Source: Blepharisma stoltei ATCC 30299 (lineage: Eukaryota; Protista; Ciliophora). From it: 64,000 nt of DNA. Position numbers and translations under genes: made by a program. This document shows, in pieces, positions 1 to 12,026 of the stretch. The stretch lies in contig CBFDEM010000006.1 in assembly GCA_965603825.1 (NCBI GenBank), forward strand, positions 1-64,000, given 5' to 3'. Numbering within the stretch: position 1 is the first letter of the stretch; every line of letters starts with the position of its first letter. A model generated the notes under the pieces. That model was not told the origin of the DNA. It saw only the letters and a program-made list of their open reading frames with translations, and made no database searches.

Positions 1-2953
1 TAAACACCCTAACACCCTAACACCACCTAACACCCAACCCCTAACACCCTAACCCTAACACCTCCCTAAACCCTAACACCCTAACCTAACACCCTAACAC
101 CCTAACACCCCTAACACACCCTAACACCTAACACCCTAACACCCTAACACCCTAACACCCTAACACCCTAACACCCTAAACACCCTAACACCTAACACCC
201 TAAACACCCTAACACCCTAACACCCTAACACCCTAACACCCTAACACCCTAACACCCTAACACCCTAACACCCTAACACCCTAACACCCCTATACACCCT
301 AACACCCTAACACCGCTAACACCCTAACACCCTAACACCCTAACACCCTAACACCCTAACACCCTAACACCCTAACACCCTAACACCCTAACACCTAACA
401 CCTAACACCCTAACACCCTAACACCCTTACACCCTAAACACCCTAACACCCTACACCCTAACACCCTAACACCCTACACCCTAACACCCTAACACCCTAA
501 CACCCTAACACCCTAACACCCTAACACCCTAACACCCTAACACCCTAAACCCTAACACCCTAACACCCCTAACACCCTAACTCCCTAACACCCTAACACC
601 CTAACACCCTAACACCTAACACCCTAACACCCTAACACCCTAACACCCTAACACCCTAACACCCCTAACCTAACCCTAACACCCTAACACCCTAACACAC
701 CTAACACCCTATAACACCCTAACACCCTAACACCCTAACACCCTAACACCCTAACACCCTAACACCCTAACACCCTAACACCCTAACACCCTAACACCCT
801 AACACCCTAACACCCTAACACCCTAACACCCTAACACCCTAACACCCTAACACCCTAACACCCTAACACCCTAACACCCTAACACCCTAACACCCTAACC
901 CTAACTCCCTAACACCCTAACACCCTAACACCCTAACACCCTAACACCCTAACACCCTAACACCCTAACACCCTAACACCCTAACACCCTAACACCCTAA
1001 CACCTAACACCCTTACACCCTAACACCCTAACACCCTAACACCCTAACACCCTAACACCCTAACACCCTAACACCCTAACACCCTAACACCCTAACACCC
1101 TAACACCCTAACACCCTAACACCCTAACACCCGTAACACCCTAACACCCTCTAACACCCTAACACCCTAACACCCTAACACCCTAACACCCTAACCCCTA
1201 ACACCCTAACACCCTAACACCCCTAACACCCTAACACCCTAACACCCTAAACACCCTAACACCCTAACACCCTAACACCCTAACACCCTAACACCCTAAC
1301 ACCCTAACACCCTAACACCCTAACACCCTAACACCCTAACACCCTAACACCCTAACACCCTAACACCCTAACACCCTAACACCCTAACACCCTAACACCC
1401 TAACACCCTAACACCCTAACACCCTAACACCCTAACACCCTAACACCCTAACACCCTAACACCCTAACACCCTAACACCCTAACACCCTAACACCCTAAC
1501 ACCCTAACACCCCTAACACCCTAACACCCTAACACCCTAACACCCTAACACCCTAACACCCTAACACCCTAACACCCTAACACCCTAACACCCTAACCTA
1601 CCCTAACACCCTAACACCCTAACACCCTAACACCCTAACACCCTAACACCCTAACACCCTAACACCCTAACACCCTAACACCCTAACACCCTAACACCCT
1701 AACACCCTAACACCCTAACACCCTAACACCCTAACACCCTAACACCCTAACACCCTAACACCCTAACACCCTAACACCCTAACACCCTAACACCCTAACA
1801 CCCTAACACCCTAACACCCTAACACCCTAACACCCTAACACCCTAACACCTAACACCCTAACACCCTAAACACCCTAACACCCTAACACCCTAACACCCT
1901 AACACCCTAACACCCTAACACCCTAACACCCTAACACCCTAACACCCTAACCCACCCTAACACCCTAACACCCTAACACCCTAACACCCTAACACCCTAA
2001 CACCCTAACACCCTAACACCCTAACACCCTAACACCCTAACACCCTAACACCCTAACACCCTAACACCCTAACACCCTAACACCCTAACACCCTAACACC
2101 CTAACACCCTAACACCCTAACACCCTAACACCCTAACACCCTAACACCCTAACACCCTAACACCCTAACACCCTAACACCACACCTAACACCCTAACACC
2201 CTAACACCCTAACACCCTAACACCCTAACACCCTAACACCCTAACACCCTAACACCCTAACACCCTAACACCCTAACACCCTAACACCCTAACACCCTAA
2301 CACCCTAACACCCTAACCCTAACCCCTAACACCCTAACACCCTAACACCCTAACCCTAACACCCTAACACCCTAACACCCTAACACCCTAACACCCTAAC
2401 ACCCTAACACCCTAACACCCTAACACCCTAACACCCTAACACCCTAACACCCTAACACCCTAACACCCTAACACCCTAACACCCTAAACACCCTAACACC
2501 CTAACCCTAACACCCTACACACTACCCTAACACCCTAACACCCTAACACCCTAACACCCTAACACCCTAACACCCTAACACCCTAACACCCTAACACCCT
2601 AACACCCTAAACACCCTAACACCCTAACACCCTAACACCCTAACACCCTAACACCCTAACACCCTAACACCCTAACACCCTAACACCCTAACACCCTAAC
2701 ACCCTAACACCCTAACACCCTAACACCCTAACACCCTAACACCCTAACACCCTAACACCCTAACACCCTAACACCCTAACACCCTAACACCCTAACACCC
2801 TAACACCCTAACACCCTAACACCCTAACACCCTAACACCCTAACACCCTAACACCCTAACACCCTAACACCCTAACACCCTAACACCCTAACACCCTAAC
2901 ACCCTAACACCCTAACACCCTAACCTACACCCTAACACCCTAACACCCTAAAC
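1..2953 (+). repeat. Telomeric repeat array (CCCTAACA)n, roughly 370 units, left chromosome end
   Basis: Tandem 8-mer CCCTAACA (reverse complement TGTTAGGG) from base 1 to about 2953 with scattered indel and substitution variants. This unit is the known heterotrich (Stentor/Blepharisma) telomere repeat. Confidence 0.98.
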
Positions 2954-4113
2954 ATTTGTAGTGAAAATGTTTTTGTTAGGGCAATTTTTTTAAGCTGGTC
3001 AATTTATTTGACTCTTCAAAGTTTCTTTTAAAAGACACAAAGGTTTCTGAATAAACAATTTTGGGAGTCTATTGCATTATTAGCAAATTGTTTGACTTCA
3101 TTTTCTCTCTTAATGAAATAGAGCTATAAAACTCATCAAGTCAGCTTGCACCGATTTCATTAAGGATATCTAATTCCACTTCTAAATAAGAAGCAGTTTA
3201 AGGGGATTCAATAATTGCTTATCTAAAGATTGCATTAATGCAATCTCTATGCTTACTCTTCAAACTTAAACGGAGGGGTGTTTCGTTTTGAATAGCAGCT
3301 GGAAATGGCCCATCAACTTTTAAACTTAGTGTCAAATGCTCTGCCAACTCTCTGTCAGCATAGACAAGTAGAATATTTATATCGTATTTTGCTAGAAAAC
3401 GTTATCCATCTCTACATCATGCTCTGGAGGGCCAGCTGCAAGCTGAGTAAATGATCAATTTTCTTATTTTGCTTCGTTCCCAAATATTAAAACTTTTTTA
3501 GTCGAAACAGGATTACCTAAAACAATGATTTTCTTGCTAGCTGCACCATATATAAATTCTTGGCATTTGTATAGGTTAATTTTTTGATTTTATCATGGGT
3601 GTTATGAAAAATTGCCATATCCTTTGTGATATCTAAATTAGGTGAGACAAATTCAACTCTATCCTCCTTTATTTTGGTTAAGATGCCTTCTGGGTTCAAA
3701 TATCGTTATGGCGTTAGTTCCAAAACAGCCAATTATATAAGTATTGGTCTTTGGGTCTTGCCTTATCTTGATGATATTTATTCTCCTTTCAAGCGAACAG
3801 GGCTTATTTTGAATGATAGATAGATTCATAATGCTTGGATTTCTGCCTATTTTTTACTTTTTGCTATCTCAGCTGTCCAAAATCGTTCTTTGACATTCGC
3901 TATCACATATGGAAAATTCATATCAGTTGTAAAGCACAACTATTTGCCATCTGGGCTGAAAGCACTACAATTCAAGAGCTCACCTATAGTGAATTTAAGC
4001 TCAGATGTGTTGGATATCATTTGACATGTCTTTCATCTCTAAGATTTCTTGCTGTCCTGCTTGATCTTCATCATCATAAAACTTGTAGCAAGTAGTGGAG
4101 TTGTTAGAGACAT
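2954..4113 (-). pseudogene. Decayed WD40-like / ankyrin-like gene relic that runs into the telomere
   Basis: ATG at 4113 in AT-rich context (MSLTTPLL). Minus-strand frames give protein-like blocks LNCSAFSPDGK*LCF (TAG at 3940-3942), YGAASKKIIVLGNP and FLAKYDINILLVYADRELAEHL...ETPLRLSLKSKHRDCINAIFR*AII. They are broken by several TAA/TAG stops and frameshifts that 15/16-nt introns do not explain. Confidence 0.6.
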
Positions 4114-4244
4114 TTTATTATAAATTTCTATAAATCAATACCTTCTACCTATAGTAATTATTATCTAATTTTTGACTCTTCTATGGTTGTTTATTACATG
4201 AAGTTCAACAGAAATTTAAAATAAGCAAATTGAATTAGTGGAAC

Positions 4245-5020
4245 TTATGCTCCTCCAAAATTAAATCTAGTCTTTGTAGCTAATCTAGAAGGTAGCTTTC
4301 TGGAGTGGAAATTTTGAGAAGGTTTCTGGCTTAAGATTAATGTTTCTCATATAAGGCCAATACAAATTATCGCTAAGTCTTAGAAATATCAAGTCTATAA
4401 ATTTTTGGAAGTCTTGACTGTATTTTTCTTTAATAGTGATATCTGGAATAAAGAGGTTAGATTAAAAGACTTCATTGAAGCTGTCATTCAAATTATATTT
4501 CCCAATAACAAGGCTACTTTTATCTCAATAGAAATTTCAGTTTTAAAGCATAAGTTGTCTTCAAAATTTTCAATGTTTGAGCCTACTCAGTCATTTTTCT
4601 CAAATTCCAGTCATTTGTTGTGCTGCAATATATCCAATAATGCTTTACTTCTAAAACATTTCCAATTTTTCACAAGCCATTTAGGCTAGTTTTTCAGCTC
4701 GATCTATATAATTTATTTTGAGCACATGAAAAGACAAATATCAACCTTGATAAAAGAAATTCAAGTTTAGCAAAATCTCTTAGAGAAAACCAACAAATTT
4801 TAAAAGAAGAACTCTAAAAAAACGCCACACAAGAAAAGGGCAAATCCAAGCAAGAGGGGCCTTAAGAACCTCGAAAGCTACATATGTGTGAAGAGAACTA
4901 TGCTGACCAAAATTATTGCGAAGATCTTGAAAGGTAGCCAGGAACTTACGAAACTGATATTAATATTACAGCATTGATGAGCATATCTGAAGAAGACAAA
5001 ATTGTTTCTCGTGTCTAAGA
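4245..5020. pseudogene. Further probable degenerate coding fragments in the subtelomere
   Basis: Less AT-rich than true spacers. Short protein-like frames on both strands (minus: DKSSLVIGKYNLNDSFNEVF*SNLFIPDITIKEK...; plus: RNSSLAKSLRENQQILKEEL*) are interrupted by TAA. No family recognised. Confidence 0.3.
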
Positions 5021-5247
5021 TATATTAATAAATTCAGCATAGGTAAATCGATTATGGTTATACATACTTTAAAGGCTTTTTTAAATAAAGCGCGTATTTT
5101 TGGCATAAATTGGCTCACTGATGATCCCTTCTATGGAAGTTATTGAAAAAGGTTAATGCTTCTATTTTGTGAATTTTATTCAATTACTCAACATTTTACG
5201 TTATTACATTAATTCAATTTCTTTCTCAATTATTATTACATTTAAAC

Positions 5248-6024
5248 ATGAACATAAGCTATATCGAAGACCAGCCTCCCTCAATAACCCCTGATTCCTT
5301 TCAAAATTTTAAAAAGCTTGACCCAAAGACAGTCTTCAAATCCCAGCTACACACTTTTTCAAAACCCCAACGAATAAAAGGATTCCCACTATCAGCTGGC
5401 CCTCGAAGCAGCAGTATAAGCCCTATGAATCGCTTTCTCTCTACAGAACAAAGCCACCACCCCGCTCTTTCTTCAAGAAAACTTGAAAAAGAGCTCAGAG
5501 AAATAAATTGCCAGCTTAATGATGAAAATTTTCCTCCACGAATAAATTCGACATTTGACCAGAGTTCTTTGCTTCATAACAAATTCAAAATGATACAGAA
5601 GCCCTATCAAAATCCCAAGTACAATGAGGTGGTTTATCTCAATAAATTGTGCAATCATTTAATTGAGGAACAAAATAAACTGAAAATTAAGCTAGCACAG
5701 CAGGAAGATATTATTGAAGGAATAAAAGGAAAATCAAGCACACATGGTCACCCTTTGAAATTGTTCCAAGAAGCTGTAAACCATTTAGAAAAAGAAAGAA
5801 AAATAAGGCAGTTAAGTGCGAGAAGATCGGCAACGCCAAGAAAGAGGAGTATTATTATAAGTCATAACTCGGCTTGTAAGGAAAATCCTGTAAATCTGTC
5901 ACTCAATTTGAAAGGGATAAAGAAAGATGACGACGAGCTGTTTACGTTTCGACCAAAATCTCCAGCAACGCTTAATAAAGGAGCATTCCCAAGAGAAGTA
6001 TTCAAAAGAATAAAAAACAGTTAA
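5248..6024 (+). CDS. Hypothetical protein, 258 aa, short coiled-coil and low complexity
   Basis: Clean ATG-TAA ORF flanked by AT-rich spacers; no recognisable domain. Confidence 0.75.
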   Translation: MNISYIEDQPPSITPDSFQNFKKLDPKTVFKSQLHTFSKPQRIKGFPLSAGPRSSSISPMNRFLSTEQSHHPALSSRKLEKELREINCQLNDENFPPRINSTFDQSSLLHNKFKMIQKPYQNPKYNEVVYLNKLCNHLIEEQNKLKIKLAQQEDIIEGIKGKSSTHGHPLKLFQEAVNHLEKERKIRQLSARRSATPRKRSIIISHNSACKENPVNLSLNLKGIKKDDDELFTFRPKSPATLNKGAFPREVFKRIKNS

Positions 6025-6092
6025 ATTTGTATTGATATATAGGTTTTATTTAACTTATTAGACATAAATTACGAATTTTCAACAATCTATTA

Positions 6093-6620
6093 TTAAACTG
6101 TAATTGGTCCTAGATAAGCTTCACTCATTTCACAAACCCCCATCATTTCATTTCCATTGACTCTTACAGACATAATTCTCAGTCTTACATCGCCGCCTAC
6201 TTGAATTGTTTTTGAAGGATCTGTTTTATTGACCCATCTAGGGTGAGGTCTAGCTTCTGGCTCCAAATAGTAATCTGCAGCTATATTTTGTGCCGCCACA
6301 AACATGCTCATTGGTCCCAGTGTGGCTGTGAAGCCAACTTCCATGACTTGACTCACCATGGCGTCAACGACTTCACCTTTATAAGGCATAAAGACCAAAG
6401 CTTTGTATAAGAGTGGGAACAAAACGTCGCCGCTGGAGTCCTGAACCTTCCCTTCACCAATTTTTTCATGTTTGAGCACTTTTACGATATAGCCGAATTT
6501 TGTGTCGAATGAGCCTTCAACTGCACTGTTGAGGAGGTTAGCGAGGTGCTTGTTGATTCTTTTGCCGAGGTATTCTGGGGTTAGTTTTAGGTTCTTCTTG
6601 AGACTTAGAATGAAAAACAT
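6093..6620 (-). CDS. RPB7: RNA polymerase II subunit RPB7
   Basis: MFFILSLKKNLKLTPEYLG, VEGSFDTKFGYIV, YKALVFMPYKGEVVDAMV (S1/OB fold) and C-terminal YLGPI; 175 aa. Confidence 0.93.
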   Translation of the reverse strand: MFFILSLKKNLKLTPEYLGKRINKHLANLLNSAVEGSFDTKFGYIVKVLKHEKIGEGKVQDSSGDVLFPLLYKALVFMPYKGEVVDAMVSQVMEVGFTATLGPMSMFVAAQNIAADYYLEPEARPHPRWVNKTDPSKTIQVGGDVRLRIMSVRVNGNEMMGVCEMSEAYLGPITV

Positions 6621-6841
6621 TATAAAATGGCTCGTTAGTTTTTATCAAGATTTCAATCTTAAGAGTCTGATTTAAATTTCTTAAGTGTTCTGATAAGTTA
6701 ATATATTTTCACCCACACTGCATAACCGTATACCTTCCGAACTAGAATTAATAAATATTGCTATTATTTATAAGAATTATATACAAATTAACCAAATCTC
6801 TTCAGTCTTTCCTTAAATTTTATTCTTAGCACTATAAAAAT

Positions 6842-8611
6842 ATGTCCGCCGGGTTTGAATTTCCAACTTATGGCAGAGGTGTCGACCCATCACCAGACTT
6901 AGACTTTGGCTTCATGTTTCGGCACCCTGACGAAAAAATTGGCTGTGTGGCACCTCAAAAAATTATTTATGAGCAAAAATTAGAGGACTTTTTAAAAACC
7001 AAGCTGCAAGCCCAAATAGAGAAAAAACGGGATCTATTGAAAAGTGGGGAAAATGAAATACCTGATATAATAAAGTTCTTAAAAGAAGAGTTTTTAAGGC
7101 TGACTCGAAAAACAGCCACGAGGCTGGAAAAAGGCGTTTTTATTGCTGAGCTCAAGAAAAATCCTCTTTTGGCTGAAGTTTTTGGATTTGACGAAAATAG
7201 TAAAGATAAAGAAATTGAGGAGCAAGTAGAAAATATTGGGACTGAAGAAGGAATTAATATGGACAAGTTCCTGCTGTTTTACCAAGTTTCCAAGAACAAC
7301 TTGCTGAAGCCGATTCATTCAAAAACAGAGACCCAGTCAAGTGTGACTAATGATTCCTTTATGGAGCAGAATAAACAGAGAACTGACGACATGAGCAGGG
7401 CTAAAGGAACGAGATTCGCAATAACGGTCCCTGAGCCTTTTAAATTTGACAGAAGAGAAAAAAGAAAAGGAATGTCTATAAGGGAAAGAAGGCTAAAAGA
7501 GATGCTCGAGGAAAAAGAAAAAGAAATCAAAGAATCTATAAAAATCACCTATAAAGCGACACCAGTGCCTCCTGAAGTAAAAATTCCGCGTTATGAACAG
7601 ATTATGAAAGAACAAGAGGAGAGAAGGATGCAGGTAAAGCAAAATTCAATTGCAATTACAAAAGCAAATGAACAGCCGTTTAGTTTTTATTATAGGGATT
7701 TGACTAAAACAAAGCCAGAGCCAGCAGAAATGCCGAAACACGTTTTTACAGCGAATCCAGTGCCATGGACTACATCGGTCCCACTGTATGATAAAATTGT
7801 AAGTGAAAGAGAACTGGCTAGAAAAGAAAGAATCAGCAAAGCTGCCATAGAGTCATTAAACCTAGCCATGATGCCTCCCAGAATGGAATTATACTATAGA
7901 CAGCTGCAAAAAGCTTCAAAAACTCCTAAACCAAAGCCGAAAACCAAAAAGTTCAAAGCCAAAGCAGTCCCAGACTTCCGCAGACTCCAAGCTGATTTCC
8001 AAAGTACCTTAGACGCCTGCAAGCAGTCCTTCAACCCTACAAAGCCTGAACCTTTTGCGTTCAACGAAACCCAGTCTTCTTTCGACTACCTCAAGCTCCT
8101 CGACAAAGAAGCTGATGCCAATAAAAAATGGGGCCAGCCTTCCAAGGCAAAAAGATCTAAGTCCTTATCAATCCTAAACAAGCCCAAAATAATCCCTAGT
8201 ACAACTGAAAAAACCAAGGCTATGATTGAATACAAGCTTGCCCAGAAAAGAGAAGCCAAGATGAAAGAAGCCCTCAAAATGCAAGAAGAAGAAGAGCGAC
8301 GGATGAAGCACGAAATGATGAAAGGGGTCGTGCAAAATTGTTCCCTAATAAAAGACAACACTGCTGAGCTTAAAAGAAGAAGAGAAGAGTCCATTAAAAA
8401 CAGACGAGAAGAGCTGGAAGAAAAAGAAAGAGAATACTATGAACAAAAAGCTGAAATATACGAAAGAGTCAGCAAAAGACCTTTATTAGTAGAGCAAGTC
8501 GCAATGAAAAAACTAGCTAAGGATTTAGAACAGCTAGGACCTGTAAGAGAACTGCTGAGCCAGGAGGAAAGCAACGAATATTCTCAAGACATGCTGAACC
8601 AAAGCTATTAA
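6842..8611 (+). CDS. FAM161-like (UPF0564) centriole/ciliary inner-scaffold protein
   Basis: ITVPEPFKF, YKATPVP, EQEERR...PFSFYYRD, FTANPVP, FKAKAVPDF, TKPEPFAF and RVSKRPLLVE are motifs typical of FAM161A/B. Confidence 0.8.
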   Translation: MSAGFEFPTYGRGVDPSPDLDFGFMFRHPDEKIGCVAPQKIIYEQKLEDFLKTKLQAQIEKKRDLLKSGENEIPDIIKFLKEEFLRLTRKTATRLEKGVFIAELKKNPLLAEVFGFDENSKDKEIEEQVENIGTEEGINMDKFLLFYQVSKNNLLKPIHSKTETQSSVTNDSFMEQNKQRTDDMSRAKGTRFAITVPEPFKFDRREKRKGMSIRERRLKEMLEEKEKEIKESIKITYKATPVPPEVKIPRYEQIMKEQEERRMQVKQNSIAITKANEQPFSFYYRDLTKTKPEPAEMPKHVFTANPVPWTTSVPLYDKIVSERELARKERISKAAIESLNLAMMPPRMELYYRQLQKASKTPKPKPKTKKFKAKAVPDFRRLQADFQSTLDACKQSFNPTKPEPFAFNETQSSFDYLKLLDKEADANKKWGQPSKAKRSKSLSILNKPKIIPSTTEKTKAMIEYKLAQKREAKMKEALKMQEEEERRMKHEMMKGVVQNCSLIKDNTAELKRRREESIKNRREELEEKEREYYEQKAEIYERVSKRPLLVEQVAMKKLAKDLEQLGPVRELLSQEESNEYSQDMLNQSY

Positions 8612-8650
8612 TATTTAAGGGGTTAATTTAAATGGCTATATAATTGTAAA

Positions 8651-10816
8651 ATGGTTGATAAGAAATCTTCAGACATTACCGATGAATTGTTTCAAGAAAT
8701 CAATGAGGAGAGGAAAGGAAATAATGAAATAAAATTCAATTTCTTCAGCCCAAAAAAATCAAATATTCAGTCAGGAAATAGAGCTAATACTAGCCCAAGC
8801 TCTTCTGTTGATGAACTTGGTGGAAATGAAAATCCAATGATTGTAACACAACTTCTCAAAACTCAGCAGGAATTAGGATTGACGAAAATTGGGATTCTTG
8901 AATTTCAGAGTATCCTATCGAAGGAATTACAAAAGCTTGGGCCTGATGAAAGCCGTTTTGAAATTGCAAATAACCAAACTATGACTACTGCACTAATAGA
9001 AGCCTTAAATAAATATAGAAATCCCGGAGCCCATACTATAGAGGAAAACTTGTTAACAAAAAACATTTATTCTTATTTGCTACTTAAACAGCCTGCTTCT
9101 CCAACCAGAATGACAAGGGCAGCTACTTTTGGAAAAGAATCAGACGAAAAATACGAAATCGAGTCATCATCAAGCCCTAAAAAAGAGCCATTGAATTTAT
9201 CAAAAGAACAATTCATTTGGCTACTGCCCAATACAAATGCAATAGAAACTGCCAATAAGCAAGACCTGCTTAAATCCATAGTGGACGCAATAGCCAAAAA
9301 CGCCAATTCTGACGCATCACAAAGAAATTTTTTAATCGAAAAATATGGGCAATATGCATATAGCCACTTGTCGTCACTTTCTTCTAAAGAATTTACCAAA
9401 CCTGCAGAGCTTGCAAATGATTTAAATACCATCATCCAAAAAGCCAAAGAAACAGGCAATATTGCAAATTTAAGCCAATTTATCCCTAACGATTTTGAAG
9501 AAGAATATGAGATTTTGTCATCAGAAGCCCCAAAAAGGACGTCGCTAAAAGACAAGAGGAAAGACCAAAAAATCATAAAGTATATGAAGCCTTCAGAAAC
9601 TGAAGGAGAAGCTGTTATAGCTGAACAGCCTAATGAAGATTTTGAAATAAAAAATGAACTGCAAAAATCACAAGAAACTAAAACTGAAGATTTGGACCAG
9701 AAATATAATGCAATTATAGAGAGTCTCAAAGCCCAAATTGAAGACTTAGCAAAAAAGATAGACGAAGACAAAACATCAATATTTTTTTTAAATCAAGAAG
9801 CAATAGCTGACAAAGATTCAATTAAAAAATTAAATGAAGAGAAAATTGCAATGAAAAAAAATTACGAAAAATTGATTTATGAACAAGAAGAACAGTACGC
9901 GAAGCTAGAAAACAATTATAAAGCAGATGAAGAAGCTATTAAATTTTTGAATCAAGGGCTAGGACAGTTGTCAGAAGAAAAAACAAAATTAGAAGCAGAA
10001 TTGAAAAACAGAGAAAAATCTTTAAATGAGCAGCTATCACAAAGATTAGCCAAGCTTAATGATGAGAAAAAAGAATATGAAGACCTTGTAAGAGATTTGG
10101 AAAGGAAATTAAGTGCAAGCAATGAAAGCAGAAATCAATATCAAGAAGAGGCTTTGAGATATAAAATTGAGATTGATAGTTTAAATAGACAAATAGCTAG
10201 TTTGGCTGTAGAAATAGATGAGATAAAAAGTGGGTATGAAGAAAAAATAAATGCAAAAAATAGAGAAATTGAAAATTATCAAAAATCAATAGAGAGTATA
10301 GATATAGAAGAAAATAAGAAATTAAATGAAATTATAAAGAAGCAGCAAACTGAAATATATTCATTACAAAATACTATTAATAGTCCCAGACGTTTTGCTC
10401 CAGAAACCTCTGAAGCTGTATCAGCTGAGCTGAATTCTTTGAAATCTGAAAATATCCGTCTAAAAAATAAGCTGACAAATGTCCAAGAAAGATATGAGAC
10501 TCTCAATTTTGAGAATGAAAGACTTAGGCGCGAAAATGATTATAGTCAAGTCTCAGAAGGAGGAGCAATCGATAAAAGGTATAAAGATATTATAATCAAA
10601 GAAAAACGAATTGAAGAAAAAGAAAAAGCATTTTTGAATAAAGAAATATTGCTTAGCAAACAACAGCAAGAATTCGAAGAAGAAAAGCATTCTTTTCAAA
10701 TGCGGAAAATTGCTGAACTTACTCAAAAAAATTTAGATAGTCGAAACAACTTGAAATATTGGGTCTTTTTCATTATCTTTTTCATTCTTGGGGTTTCACT
10801 GAGATTAATAGTTTAA
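8651..10816 (+). CDS. Long coiled-coil protein with C-terminal transmembrane tail anchor (golgin-like architecture)
   Basis: 721 aa with E/K-rich heptads in the C-terminal half; ends YWVFFIIFFILGVSLRLIV. Confidence 0.8.
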   Translation: MVDKKSSDITDELFQEINEERKGNNEIKFNFFSPKKSNIQSGNRANTSPSSSVDELGGNENPMIVTQLLKTQQELGLTKIGILEFQSILSKELQKLGPDESRFEIANNQTMTTALIEALNKYRNPGAHTIEENLLTKNIYSYLLLKQPASPTRMTRAATFGKESDEKYEIESSSSPKKEPLNLSKEQFIWLLPNTNAIETANKQDLLKSIVDAIAKNANSDASQRNFLIEKYGQYAYSHLSSLSSKEFTKPAELANDLNTIIQKAKETGNIANLSQFIPNDFEEEYEILSSEAPKRTSLKDKRKDQKIIKYMKPSETEGEAVIAEQPNEDFEIKNELQKSQETKTEDLDQKYNAIIESLKAQIEDLAKKIDEDKTSIFFLNQEAIADKDSIKKLNEEKIAMKKNYEKLIYEQEEQYAKLENNYKADEEAIKFLNQGLGQLSEEKTKLEAELKNREKSLNEQLSQRLAKLNDEKKEYEDLVRDLERKLSASNESRNQYQEEALRYKIEIDSLNRQIASLAVEIDEIKSGYEEKINAKNREIENYQKSIESIDIEENKKLNEIIKKQQTEIYSLQNTINSPRRFAPETSEAVSAELNSLKSENIRLKNKLTNVQERYETLNFENERLRRENDYSQVSEGGAIDKRYKDIIIKEKRIEEKEKAFLNKEILLSKQQQEFEEEKHSFQMRKIAELTQKNLDSRNNLKYWVFFIIFFILGVSLRLIV

Positions 10817-10847
10817 TTCTTATTTACTTAAAATAAAGCAATTTAAA

Positions 10848-12026
10848 TTAGAAATCAAGATCGCTTTCTTTTTTTCTCAGTTCTAGCAAAGAATTGAAGC
10901 TGTCATCTGCATATCCAATATAAAAATACAATGAATTAGGCTCCTTAGTAAAGCAAATCCCTGAAATTTCCCCAAATCCATCTATCACTTGTCTCTCATC
11001 AAAGCTCCTCGTATCATAAATACTCACAAAATCCCCACTTTCCGAAAAAGCCATAAATTCCCCATTCTCACTGAACGCAAGATTTAATACCGATCCCATA
11101 AACCCACAAAGTGTATGCAAAGGCTGCACTTCAGTTCCTTTCCTGATATCCCAAATCATGCCTACTCCATCCTGATTTCCAGTCGCCAAAATATTTCCAT
11201 TATTCGGATGCCATGCAACCCCAAACGTATAGTCCTTATGTCCCGTCAGCTTATGAGTCATTTGTCCTGTCCTATAATCTTGTATATACACATCTTCATC
11301 ATCCAGTGCTGCCGCAATTAAAGAATAATCATAAGAAATTGCCGCTTTATTTACACAAGCAATAAATTCAAACTGCAGCTGAGTTTCTAAGGTGTTAGGG
11401 TCCATGATCCTCACCTTTTTGTCATTATTGCAAGCCATAACTTTTACCCCATTTCCGTCATTGAAAAATTCGCAGTGATTCGTTATCTTTGTGCTGTCTT
11501 CGTCTGCTATGATTATGTCTTTTATAGTGTTTCCTTCTAAGTCACTTATTTGCAATTCGCCTTCTAGGCCTCCACATACAAGATAATTATTTCAGGAATG
11601 GTAAGAGACGATATCGACGGCAGAAGATTTAATTTTTCTCGTTTTGCGGCTGAATGGGTTAAAGGAGAAAATTGAGTTTCCTCGGCTGAGGTATAAAATT
11701 TCATTGTCATTGGTGTATTGGACGCAATTTCTAAGCTGAAAATGCTTATAGCAGCATTCAGCTTGAGGATGGTTTGCATTGAACTCAAAGAAAGGACAGT
11801 CGTTGTATAAGGTGTTGTCGACGAAATTTTCTTCGGGAATTGGGCAGCTTCTGTATGCATGATATGTCCGTAATCGTCTGATTCGCAAATTTCGGCGAGA
11901 AATATTCATTGCGCTAGTATTTCATGGGATTCCTTGAATATCATTGCAATCATGCCTACAGACATCTCGTGAGTGGATATTTGTTGATTCTTGTGTAAAT
12001 TCGCCAGGCTTTGATTCAATTTCCAT
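10848..12026 (-). CDS. WD40-repeat protein (DUF2415 / C2A9.03-like), 392 aa, 2 TGA=Trp
   Basis: One continuous frame from ATG 12026 when TGA 11922-11924 (DIQGIP-W) and TGA 11592-11594 are read as Trp. Motifs HFQLRN, LVCGGLEGEL, GHKDYTFGVAWHP, ATGNQD, ESGDFVSIYD, FGEISG. Confidence 0.9.

Noticed and set aside
1-2953. Repeat array as CRISPR or satellite
   Set aside because: No spacers; a terminal C-rich 8-mer matching a known telomere unit.
2954-5020. TAA/TAG read as Gln (Condylostoma-, Tetrahymena- or Paramecium-type code)
   Set aside because: In-frame TAA/TAG occur only in relics that also have frameshifts, or inside tiny introns. Long intact genes have none.
6967-10506. Antisense ORFs in the track (e.g. 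6967-7266, 8086-8394, 9073-9771; also 14394-14828, 35726-36469, 53586-53864)
   Set aside because: Shadows of real genes on the opposite strand; Ser/Phe/Leu-rich with no motifs.
11391-11400. Internal telomere-like GGTGTTAGGG
   Set aside because: Lies within the WD40 CDS (encodes part of DPNTL); single copy, compatible with chance.
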